Below, piece after piece: positions 52,888-64,000 of a stretch of DNA of 64,000 nucleotides. Position numbers and translations under genes: made by a program. Under the pieces are notes generated by a model. That model was given only the letters and a program-made list of their open reading frames with translations. It was not told the origin of the DNA and ran no database searches. Numbering within the stretch: the stretch's first letter is position 1; each line of letters starts with the position of its first letter. The DNA is from Tubiluchus corallicola (taxonomy: Eukaryota > Animalia > Priapulida), in the NCBI GenBank assembly GCA_030141605.1, contig JAQGDQ010000214.1, positions 248,001 through 312,000 of the forward strand. The letters are read 5' to 3'.

Positions 52888-53097
52888 TGTTAGGGTTAGG
52901 GTTAGAGTTAAGGTTAGCGTTATAGGTTAAAGTTAGACTTAATGTTACGGTTAGGGTTGGGGTTAGCATTCGTGTTATTTCTTTTTAGCTGTGCCTTTTT
53001 TCTTGTGCCTTTTTTCTTTTGACTTTTTCCTTTGCCTGTTTTGTGACTTTTTACCTGTAACTTTTTTACCTCTGGCTCATAAAGAAAGACCTTAATC
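52888..53097 (+). repeat. Degenerate (TTAGGG)-like tract followed by short tandem sub-repeats (tgtgccttttttc / tgactttttacc); probably the end of a non-autonomous element
   Basis: Direct reading. Confidence 0.6.
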
Positions 53098-53579
53098 ATT
53101 TTTACTAAGCCATTATTAGGTCTTGTGTTCTTAAAACTTGATGACAAAGATGATAAAAGAATAAAATAGTTAGTCCGATAATCTGAGAAGTCATGAAATT
53201 TATTTAATTAAATCGTTTAATCGCAACATTAACATTTTTAGCATATTTGTAAAAAATGTTAACAGTCTCAAAGACAATAAATAGACTTTATAATAAGCGA
53301 AGAGGGAGTGTATAAGTTGCCATAATCATTCACTATTATTGTATCAAAACAGTCTTCAGTCAACAAGAGAGTGGGCGCTGACCACGTGACAGGTGTGCAT
53401 TTGTAATTCCTCGATTTTCCCCCCTCGCGATCGTAAACTTTTCACCTCCTGCTTTAACTGATAAAATTTTAAATTGATTTAAGAGACAGCTTTGGTAGTA
53501 GCTGCTGGTATCCTGTTCAAGTTTTTTGAGCTGCAAACGCAATAGTGTTTAGAGTCATAGACGCAGCCTTGTGTTATTA

Positions 53580-53985
53580 TTAAAGGAAAGGCCAAGCCTT
53601 TTAGGAAGTTAGGCTTATTTCAGATTTCGCTAAAAATGTTATAAGGATTTAGTAATAAAATGCAAGCATGTAATGTATTTAAAGTCGCGATCACTTCATG
53701 CTTGGGCACTCCCATCTTGAATGTCCATTTTTCTTCCAACGACGTCATTCGTCTTGAAGAAAAGTAGCGCACAGTCAATCTTCATCAAAAGCATGATAAG
53801 TTTTTACAAAAAATGAGATAGCTAATTTTGTAACATTTTTGCATTAACATTAGATAAGCTGGGCAAGTTTGAATAAGTTTAAGTAGCGCGCGCGTTTACA
53901 GAAAGGCACGACCAGCTTACGAAAAGTCATGAAGTGTCACAGTTACGTCACGATTTTCAAGTGAATGGCGACAACCGCCACACCT
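53580..53985 (+). mobile_element. Dispersed repeat family C, second copy
   Basis: Begins ttaaaggaaaggccaagcc; inverted homolog of 38041-38439. Confidence 0.85.
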
Positions 53986-54699
53986 GAAAATTTCTATTCA
54001 GAGGTAGTATATTTTAAATTTATGCTTTATAGGCAGTTTTTTTGCAAATTTTGCAAGTTTAAGTAAACAACAGTAAAATAGACACAATATGCTGAATGAC
54101 TTGTTCTTTTCTTTTTTCAAGCTTTATGTTTGCTTTGGTAGCTGTGATTAAATACCTAAACCGTACAGTGTCATGATTAATAAACTAGCTAGTGTTAAAA
54201 AATTGTCACGTTCTTGGTACATTGTGTAGGCAGAACGTTGCTTCCAAGTATTGACCGGTGAGGAACTTCGTAGAAACTGCCCAGAGAAAGCGAGTTGCAA
54301 ACTCTTTGACAAATATTTGTTACAAACATTGCCACAAGTGGTCATGAAAGAAGAATCGAAACATGGACCCTCCTTTCAATGCCCAGCTAAAAGTACTCTG
54401 CTTTCTTCGCTGTGTTTGCAGACGACATACTGCAAAATCTGGGACTGTGGATTCTCTGTGGATAGAATAACACGTTATTTGCGACTTGTCACAATGATTT
54501 GCAAGAACGTCTTTCTGCTGGTCATCAACATGACAAAAAGGGGGAGAAAGATCAACACGAAATTCGTTAAGTGGTAAATAAAGTGTCGTCCCTGCTTACC
54601 GTTCAAACTGTGATAGTGTAAATTTTAGGTGAGATGTGATGCTATCTGCTTTTCAAAAATTTGGCCTAAGTTTATTGAGAAAGGGAGGTGCAAGAAGCA

Positions 54700-55300
54700 G
54701 AAAATAAAATTGGAATTCAAAATAAATAATGAAAGAAAAATTAACGAAAGATGATCAGAAAAAATTAATGGGAGAACGAGCAAGACGAAAAGAAGTACAT
54801 AATAAGCGAAGGAATGAAGCAAGGAAGCACGAAGTGAATATTGAAAATAAAACCAGAGAAACAAAGGACGCAAAAGGGAAAAATACTAGAGAACATGAAA
54901 ATAAGAAAGAAAAAATGAAAAACCAGGAAGAAACAAGAAGGAATGAAAGAAGATGGAGGTATGAATAAAGAAAGCTAACTGAAAAGTGATGAAAAGAGAT
55001 AATTAGATGAAAGGAAAGAAAGATGGAAAAACAAAAAAGGAAAGGAAGAAGGGAGAGAAAGACAGAAAAAATAGGAGCATGAAAGAAAGAAGGGGGGAAG
55101 TAGAGTTGGGAAAAGGCAGGAAAGAATGATGAAAAGAAGGAAGAATGGAAGTGACAAAAAATGAAACAACGAAATATTGATTTGCAGAAGAAGAACGAAT
55201 GAAACAAGGAGGATGAAAAGAAAGCAGAGCACAAGGAACTGTAACACAGCAAGGCAAGGGAGGCCAAGAAAGACGAGAAGGGGAAGAAACGGAGAAGAGA
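54700..55300. repeat. Purine-rich (A/G) low-complexity tract
   Basis: Strong strand bias; yields spurious F/S/L-rich and K/E/R-rich ORFs. Confidence 0.8.
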
Positions 55301-56649
55301 TAATAGAACTCATGTCATTTCTGTGGCGTCAAGACCAAATACATAAATTTCTACATCAGAGTTTATAGCAAAAAAGTCAACGAAATTAGGATATATTAAA
55401 AATAACTATTTCGAGAAAGAAACAAAGCAATGTTTAAGAACGACTAATGGCATGATAAGAAGGTTTGTATTTTTGGACGGAGCAGTGATAAAAGCGCAGC
55501 CTTTTGCATACTAAAAAAACAATTACAGCTTTCTTGATTTCACCAAATGCGCAGAAAATACCGAAAAAGTGCTTATTCCAAGAGATATATGCCAACATGC
55601 CATAGCGTGCGCTTATACCAACAGTCAATAACTTCACCAACGTTCCTCCTAGTACGCTATAACTTTCCATTCTCATTCTGTGTCTGATACGTTCTTTTTT
55701 CAGTGCGTCATTGTAGCTCAGTTTATATGTATATTTACTTGAGAAATTTGCACACCCTCCGAAAGAACTTAGGGTTTCTTTCTTGTCTAATTGTTGCAAT
55801 AAGTGGCGTCTTTGTGCACCGTTTAGCGCTTTTTACCAAATTCCTCCTGCCCTTGTTTGCAATTGTAATAGACGAAATAAGTCTAAGTTTACACAGGAGT
55901 TTCACCAAAGCTCCCGCTTGTCATAGAATGACACCTGTTCATCAGTGAAATTTACACAGGTAACAACCACGTTGATTTCTTATCCTAAATCAATACCATC
56001 GAGATTATTTGCCTCCTTGGCATGCGCTGAATACATTATTATTGTACATTTATATTGGCAATTTAATAGGATAAATTATAATTCATTTTTACAGCTTCTT
56101 ATGTTGCCGACGATTCTATACTATGTCACTTTGTTTCTCGTGATCTACATTGTTGTGCAGTCTATATAAATCACAGAAAGGTTTTCGGGCAACACAATTT
56201 TATAAGATCAGTTCACTATTATGTAAACTTTTGATAAGCCAGTATATTGCTATTTGCTATTAATTAAATTTACGAGATAAAGTTAATGGTGGAAGGTCTT
56301 TTGCGAGCGTGTATTAGTAGATTAGAAAGATTATAATAATTGTGATACATTAATGATAAGAATCTCCATATTAAAATTTAGATATTTATTTGCAAAAGAA
56401 CAGCACCCTGAACTGATATTGTCAATTTTCTTGTGTCGATAGAGCAAATCATTCTTTCGATAGAGCAACTGAAAGTTTTTTTACATAGCTTGCACCACGC
56501 GAACATTCTTTGATTCAATGCCATGAGTAAATAATTCATTGCAATAATGCCAAATGACATTAGGATTCAGCAAAGTTGTAAAAGAAGGCCTCTAGATGGC
56601 ACTCAAACTAAATCGCGACGTAAGATATACAAGGTGAGAGGATGGTGCA

Positions 56650-56651
<2 letters not shown>

Positions 56652-56680
<29 letters not shown>

Positions 56681-56734
56681 CATACATACATACATACATA
56701 CATACATACATACATACATACATACATACATACA

Positions 56735-56765
<31 letters not shown>
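56652..56765. repeat. (CATA)n microsatellite
   Basis: Direct reading. Confidence 0.97.
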
Positions 56766-59700
56766 CCAGAGTGATGTAGTTTACTACCCTGGGTAATAAA
56801 AACCGTGTGCCAATGTCGAATGCACAATGGCTATAGAATTGTCTTGTTTTATTCTGATATTTTATTGATAATGCTTTTATTAGTAGTATTAAGACTAATA
56901 CATTATTGTTAGAAAAAATTCTTTTGTAGCAAATTTGTTTTATTTGAACTGGAATTTAAACACATCATCTTCGTGCTCAAAGTCTCTGAAATCGTACCTT
57001 TACTATAACTTATTTACTATACGGCTTAGAATGGTAAATTATAATCATTTACATACGTTGCATGAACTTTAATCCTTGCGCCTTTGATGTAGCGATGTTC
57101 AAAATCCAAAAACCAAACAAAAATTCTCTCAGTCCCTTTCTCCCCGCACTCCAACTCTTTCTCGATTTCTGAAATTCTTCTCAAATATTAACTCAAGAAT
57201 TTTCCTCTTTTGCCTTTTCCTTCCGAAACAAAGTTTTGACCGGGTTGACTCGCTTTTTCTGTACCGAGTCACACGAAATGTGGCAGTAATATCATCGGTA
57301 AATATTTGGCTAGGCCATTGTGGTGTATTGGATAGGGTAGGTATAATGAACTTGTGTAGAAAAACTGAAGAGTAAACATCTCCAGTGATACTTTAAGGAT
57401 TCAGTAAGCTAGAAATTATGCGTTTAAAGAGTCGATTAGAGATAGAAGTTACTTTATCAACATTTTATTTCGAATATACTTTGCATACGTAATTCATAAA
57501 AAAGTGTTATCAGTCAAGATTATTTATACGATTAGTAATAAAACAACATAACGATAGTAAAATGGTTTAATGGGCTTAGTATTTTTGACAAAATCTACAA
57601 GCAGTACAATTTCTTGCAAATTAGCCTGTGACAATATAATCTAGAATTGATTGCAGCTGTGCTGTGTTTAAAAAATTAAAATCATCACACTCTAAGATTC
57701 GATGCAGCCTCTAGCCATATTAACAATTACCTGTTGGCTTTCTATCACCGATTTCCTTGCCAAAATATTATACCTATTTTTAATTGATAACTATTACAGT
57801 TCAATGTGCAACAAACAGGGCTTCGTGTGTCACAAATTTAACAATAGTGTTATTACTTTGTTTACAATTAACATAGTATTTATTAAAACGCCTTGAGCAC
57901 AAACATCCTTATAAATAAAATCATAAGGCACAGAAGGAATCGACGAATTACAAAAAAACTTTATACGACCATCAAGATTTGCATACTGTGGTTCTCTATT
58001 CTCTGTGGTTAACTATAAGCGGCAATACAAGCAAAAATACGTTATTGCGTTTATATAGGTTATATAGAAGGGCAAAGAAAAAACCATTTGTCCAAACAGT
58101 GACAGTATTTTTATTTTTGCGTTATAATAACGCGAGTTATTTTTAACTTTTTTTTAGTAAAGTATGTCGTAATTTACCGAAATTAGCCGGTCACGTGTAA
58201 AGCTATCACTCAAAATTCATGATTTATAGCACACCTTGACTCGCAGTTTTTACCATAGAGGTGTGACCTTATTCAATTCGTAGTTTTGACCATAGAGTGT
58301 GACCTCATTCAACTCGCGCGTAATGATTTTAAATTTAGGCAAAACAGATATTAATTTAGAGTGGCAAGAAACTTTTTGAACTGAAAGGCTTTCAAGAATT
58401 TTGTTGGGGTTGCTTTGAAATTGCTAAGCATATTTTTATCGCAAGCCTAGCCGGTTAAAACAAACACTTCGGCGTATCAACAGTGTAATGGATACGCAAA
58501 ATATTGTTATAAATAAAAGGAGCCAGTTACAAAAACAGTATAGAATATCGTCCACATTCATGCATTCACATATGTTTCTAGTGAGAAGAAAAAAACAAAA
58601 TCTTGTTTAACGCGCCATAGAGTAGGTCCTTGCAAACTACAAATTTACGGTAAAAAAGAGCCGGTACGAATTTAGACCTACATTAGGGCTTCGTTATTCT
58701 CTCTCTTGAATGCGGTGTAAGGAAAATAATTTCGAAAAATATTAGGCTTTACGTTTTTATTATTGCATAACAGAGGTTTTGTCAAGCCGTGAATGTAATA
58801 AAGTGCTGAAATATCAATCAAGAACTTTTAAACTGTTTCATACGGATCATCTTATTGTGTTTGTGTTTTTGCTCATAGAATTTATTTAACGCCATTAAGT
58901 GTCATTCTTAACATTCTTTTTTACCTTCTTTTTTAGCGTCAAACGAAAAAGCATTATTTTTGTTATTTTTAAGCCACTTGTAAGATGCCATGGAATAATG
59001 TTCGCGCTCTGTGCGCCAACGCTACGGTATGAGATTCCAAACAGTAGAGGCGAAATTTGAGATTCCTTGGCGCTATAACCTCGGAATCTTGGATCCGCCA
59101 AACTTTACACATTTCAAGTATTCTCGTACTGTGAGGAAAAAACTCCACTTCGTCTGTTTTCTGTGAAGACAGTCTCACATGGTTTTAATTACGTTCTCTT
59201 CTCGACAAGACTGACCCAAAATTGCAGAAAATCGCGAACATCAAACACAAATGCACATTGTGCAAAGCGCAGTTTTCTGATTGCTTCTTTTATTCGTACA
59301 CCCGTACAAAACAATAACCGTTCTCCGTAGAGCGACATTTTTTTACAAAGGACGTCTGTTTTATTTCAAGTCTTCTTATTTCTTAGTTCACAGTTACGTT
59401 GATTCGGTTGAAAATATTGAGTACTTCGTTATTTTTGCACTTTTTTTACTTCACAGACTATAAACGTAATTAATTTGAGGAATATTGCACAAGCCGTCTT
59501 AATCAAGTAATCAGTAAAGAGTTGGAATATATGCAATTTGAAAAGGTCGCATTTGTCGGCTAACCTACAATATTATTTTGTAAGTTTCTACGAAATATGG
59601 CAATGTCCAACATGGCGCTGGCAGCCATCTTGGGTGCAGCAAGCTATCGAGCACTCTTTTAGCAGAGTTATAAATATTATACTTCTGCTTAGAATACCAT

Positions 59701-59983
59701 GATGCTCTAGTTGTGCATTACGTACTACAGGCGTTGCTACACTATTGACTTTTTCCTACAGGTTTTCATTACGAACTTTGAGACTGTCAAACAATGGCTT
59801 CAAACCCACCTTTTCGACGTAACATATGAAAACATTGTTTATGAGTAAAAAAACGTTTCGTCAAATGAAACAGTTGCTCTAAATTTGGCTTTGTTCCTAA
59901 TTACGGTAGTTTTCTTTGGCGATTAGGCCAGCTCTTGTGAAACGTGTTTTACGGTTTAAACTCATCATTTAGCATTTTTTCAG

Positions 59984-60180
59984 TGTTGAGTGAGGGTGAA
60001 ACAGACATGGAAGGGTATACTCATCACGGAAACGGAACTCGCACGAAGCGCATGCGCACATCGTTCAAACATCATCAGCTACGAACAATGAAGTCTTACT
60101 TCGCACTCAATCACAATCCGGATGCAAAAGACCTGAAGCAGTTAGCTCAGAAGACGGGATTAACCAAACGTGTTTTACAG
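59984..60180 (+). CDS. Lhx2/9: Lhx2/9 exon 4, homeodomain N-terminal part
   Basis: RTKRMRTSFKHHQLRTMKSYFALNHNPDAKDLKQLAQKTGLTKRVLQ, the apterous/Lhx2/9-type homeodomain; acceptor ttttcag|, donor cag|gtaggt. Confidence 0.98.
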
Positions 60181-61032
60181 GTAGGTCCATAAGGAAACTC
60201 ACCTTAAATTTCATTCACACCATGTCATACTGTTTTTATGTCCGCTAAATTTCCATCATTAGCTGTACTGTGTAATAATGATTTGTACTACTAGTTTTTG
60301 TGATAGAAATGATGACAAATACTTTGGCTTATGTATAGTCTTACATATATACGTTCGTAATAGCTATCATCAGTCTTTGGGGAAAGTATGCAGGCTGCCT
60401 GCATGAGCATTAAGTTTGATTTTCCTAGATGCCCTGTAATTTACTGAATGATTTTAATGATATCAGAGAAAAATGTTTGCATTTTTTTAATCTAAGAAAC
60501 CTTGCAATTCTTTATAAAACAAAATTATTACTGCTAACTGGCAAGTACTGTTCAATTTTTATAACTCAGTTGTGCAAAAGTAAATCATTAGAATTTTCAG
60601 CATAAGGTATATAACTCTAGTCCCTAATAATCACGAGTTTTAGTACATGAAGCTTAGCTATACCATCAAGAAAAGATAGCTAGTGCATTCAGAAGCATTT
60701 CATTTCTGAATACTAGTAATTAGTTTTACATTTAGCAAAGCTTCACCAACCAGAACATGAATCCAATTTATTGTGATTTTCTGACAATGTCAGAAAAACT
60801 TTCCCCTCCTTGCTATGTATTTGTAATCAAAAAGACATAATTAAGGAGTCTCAATTTGATATCTATCTTTATTATTTTAATGTTTTAACAACTTGCTTCA
60901 CACGTATTTATAAATTTTAACTTTTTATTACTCCCACCTGTATCTCTTACTCGATGCTTGCATTGTTGTTTGCTGCTCCTTTACCTTTTGGTATTTTTTG
61001 CACAGTTCTTTTACTGCTCTCATTTTCCACAG

Positions 61033-61278
61033 GTGTGGTTCCAAAATGCAAGAGCGAAATATCGGCGTAATCTCTTACGGCAAGAACAGGGAAAACTCCC
61101 GGAAAAACCGGGTTCAGATGGGAATAATCCTGTGAACAGTACGCCTCAACTGGGCGACCTGCAGGCATCCTCACCCAGTCTGTCCGATATAAGTACTGGA
61201 CACTCACTTACCGAATTACACGACGTCACTGGCAGTTCCACGGAATCTCCGCGTCAGACCCTGGAGGATCTCTTCTGA
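61033..61278 (+). CDS. Lhx2/9: Lhx2/9 exon 5, homeodomain helix 3 and C-terminus
   Basis: VWFQNARAKYRRNLLRQE...SPRQTLEDLF*; acceptor ccacag|; the five exons total 1170 nt (389 aa + stop) in one frame. Confidence 0.97.
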   Translation: MWFQNARAKYRRNLLRQEQGKLPEKPGSDGNNPVNSTPQLGDLQASSPSLSDISTGHSLTELHDVTGSSTESPRQTLEDLF

Positions 61279-61344
61279 CTACATGATGCCAATGAGATGT
61301 CATCTTCTGAGGGTCCTCGACAGGTTCTTGAAGAACTTCTCTGA
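61279..61344 (+). CDS. Candidate stop-codon readthrough extension of Lhx2/9 (x-LHDANEMSSSEGPRQVLEELL*)
   Basis: TGA-CTA context; in-frame peptide is a paralog of the preceding LHDVTGSSTESPRQTLEDLF with mostly synonymous differences. Confidence 0.6.
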   Translation, partial: LHDANEMSSSEGPRQVLEELL

Positions 61345-61540
61345 CCACGAAGACATTAGAATCCACATGCTCGGACTGTAGATTTTCTTGTACAATCTTG
61401 AATGCTTCTTTCGTGTGAAGTTTTCTCTTGTATATAACTTATTTATGATTCCCTTTTGTGTGTTGTAAATGTGGTGACATGTGATGCTTTGATTTGACCA
61501 TTATCTCTTATTATTGTTATTTATTAAAACGTGATGTAGT

Positions 61541-61546
61541 AATAAA
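61541..61546 (+). terminator. Candidate polyadenylation signal of Lhx2/9
   Basis: First AATAAA after the stop (ATTAAA at 61523 also present), following a U-rich 3' UTR. Confidence 0.5.
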
Positions 61547-63539
61547 TGTATACAATACATATAGACAATTTTCAACAAACATAGATATTATTTTTTTCAC
61601 ATTTGTGGAAGACTACCAATTGATGTTTGTAACTACATGTATTTATTATGAAATCTGAAAACTGAACAGTAAAGCATAGAATTTCAAACTTTGCCGTTTG
61701 ACTGTCTTCAAACCACTGTAGAACAAAACGTTTTGGAATTCCTTCAGAATCAAGCAAAATTTAAAAAAAAAATCAGCAACTTTTCTGGAATTTTTACGCC
61801 ATTTTAGAATTTTTTACTAAGATTTTACCGTTTACACACTTTGCTGGCTGTAGTATTTTTGATCGTTAAATAACAGCACACCTTAATTAATAATTTATTG
61901 TAATATTTTTTACATCTTAATACATTTTGTGCTTGAATTAGTGTGAGTGTGCAAAATTTTGCTGTATAAACTTAGTTATGATAATAAGCCCAAACCCAGT
62001 GCAGTGTAGCCTATACAAGTTGGATGTGTAGAACTATCCATTACTGTCCTTTGGGCAACCAAAAATCAATACATATCAGCCAAGTGTTTTAATGTTTGTT
62101 AAAATGCAATCCTAGTTTCCCCTACAGTAATGTCCCTGATAGCTTTCATTTATACTGTATTTCGTACCTATGTTTAGCCCTATATGCTGTGCTTATAGAT
62201 TTTCCTGTGTAGTGAAACTTAATCATCAGACGTTATTATGGAAAAATGACTACAGGTGGCGCCATATAAACGCTTGGTAGCGCATTGTTGTAAAGCTAGA
62301 ATGATTATGATGCTCTGCGTCCATCACGTAGAACACTAGACTTTATACAAAACAGAGAAAGGTTCCAGAAGTAAAAAACGAGTAATTTTAACTCTATAGA
62401 CTTTCTTCTTGTAAAATACAACATGGAAATATTTCAAAACTATAGATCAGTTAAAAAAACTTTTTAGCTACAATATTCTATTAATGCTTCTTTATCCGAA
62501 TGTTGTTACTATGATAGTTGTGATGTATATATTATAATATACCAGTTGTTTGTGATATCGTGAAATAACCAGATTTTGCTGACTCGTATTGTTCTCTAAT
62601 CGTTAAAAACACACTATGCTTCAAATATCATTTTCTTACAAGACAAAACGTGAATAGGACACAAGAAAAGCAAAAAACATCCCAAAATACTTATAAATGA
62701 TAACATTTATGTATTTCCAGACTACGTCAGCCATGTACATTTTTTTACAGTGCAACTGCACAAAATTACACAAAAACTAATTACATTATGCGACAGTCAA
62801 GTTGAAGTTTAACACAAATTGTTTGGAAAAAGTTGCACAAGATTTTTAAGGAACCAGAGACATATTATTAGCTTACCTCTAGTGATTAGCTTAACTAGTG
62901 GCAACGCAGAAAAAATAAACATTAAGCCTAAGTTCTTGTGTATTTTTTAAATAAAAAGTTAAATACATAGGCTATACGATAATCTAGTTCAGTAGTGATT
63001 ATGAAAGATCTAGAAAATATTTTTGTTATATTTCATCCATGCTTCTCAGCCAAATCTTAATCTTATTAAAATAAAATATCGTAAGTCTTTAATTACCCAT
63101 TTAATCAAGATAAACATTGCGACTACTAGTTGCTATATTAAGGTTCATATGCTTGATAGTCAATGACTTTCAATCACAAAGTTTTGCAGGAATGGTAATA
63201 ATTACTACACTCAATATTACTAATCAGTACAGAGCTGAACCAGTTTCAAGATGTCTAAAGAAAAAAAACATTGACTTATGTGACATGCAAACAGCACTTG
63301 TAGAGTTTAAAAACCATATTTGTGCATGACGTATTTAGTACTGCTTCGGTCTTTCACATAAAGTCTGAAGTTGCAATAAACGCAAAGGAAATAAACAGCA
63401 GGATAACTTAGTTTGAAAAGAAGTTAGCAAAGCTAATCATGACTTTATCTGAAAACAATAAAATCTTAGAGGTACAAGTCTAATCACGCCACACCTATTT
63501 ACAAATAACTTTAAAAATTTGCTAAAGACAATCACAAGA

Positions 63540-63649
63540 TTAACCAAACTGGAACTGAAAATGCTGACCACCGCCCATGCCACCCAAATTAAACATCATA
63601 CCTCCTGGTCCTCCAAAAAATGTTTGGAATATTGTTTCGGGGTCAATAT
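63540..63649 (-). CDS. DNAJC7: Last coding exon of a DnaJ co-chaperone, DNAJC7/TPR2-like (DIDPETIFQTFFGGPGGMMFNLGGMGGGQHFQFQFG*)
   Basis: Minus-strand acceptor ttttctttcag|; DP-x-x-IF-x-x-FFGGPGG...FQFG-stop matches the DNAJC7-type C-terminus; the rest of the gene lies beyond the window. Confidence 0.78.
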
Positions 63650-63758
63650 CTGAAAGAAAAGTAATGTTATACACAAACATCCAACCTGGAACAGTTAAAG
63701 ATGGTTTACATTTGATCACAGTTGGCAGCTCTGTATAGTACGTGTTCTTCCAATCTTC

Positions 63759-63806
63759 CACTACCACTACCACTATCACTACTACTACTACTACTACTAC
63801 TACTAC
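63759..63806. repeat. (ACT)n microsatellite in the DNAJC7 intron
   Basis: Direct reading. Confidence 0.9.
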
Positions 63807-64000
63807 CAGTGTATTTTATGGCTTGAAAGATTAAAGCACTTAAAACATCAATTCATAATGAAAAGTTAAAAAAAATATTATTAGCAATTTTTTAAAATCA
63901 GCCTAGATTTTGAATAAACTCAGTTACGCAAGTTATGAGAGCAGTTAAGTGTCTAAACTAGCACCACGACGAAAAAATTGGTGTCCTAAAACAATAGTTC

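Noticed and set aside
54625-55368. K/E/R-rich and F/S/L-rich ORFs
   Set aside because: Products of a purine-biased low-complexity tract.
61276-61500. Selenocysteine decoding of the Lhx2/9 TGA
   Set aside because: By eye, no SECIS with correct RTGA-N11-12-AA-N18-27-GA spacing in the proximal 3' UTR, and the position is not a Cys-equivalent; SECISearch was not run.

Overview
AT-rich, repeat-rich animal genomic DNA with GT-AG introns; the taxon cannot be fixed from sequence alone, but it looks like an invertebrate bilaterian. Three genes are supported. (1) The last four coding exons of an inhibitory serpin (+, 1-2828; predicted P1-P1' Arg-Ser). (2) A complete five-exon LIM-homeobox gene of the Lhx2/9 (apterous) family (+, about 32231-61278, ~389 aa), preceded by a ~29 kb gene desert. 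(3) The last coding exon of a DNAJC7-like co-chaperone (-, 63540-63649). The rest is microsatellites, a minisatellite, MITE/foldback elements, a LINE fragment and tRNA-derived repeats. Most striking: the Lhx2/9 stop codon sits in a leaky TGA-CTA context and is followed in frame by a second, diverged copy of the C-terminal 20 aa. 12 of 20 residues are identical, yet 11 of those 12 use different codons, which suggests stop-codon readthrough under protein-level selection. Other leads: complementary (GAT)n/(CAT)n tracts at the two ends of a 10-kb intron, a head-to-head twin tRNA-Thr-derived element, and CTCF-like motifs bracketing the Lhx2/9 landscape.
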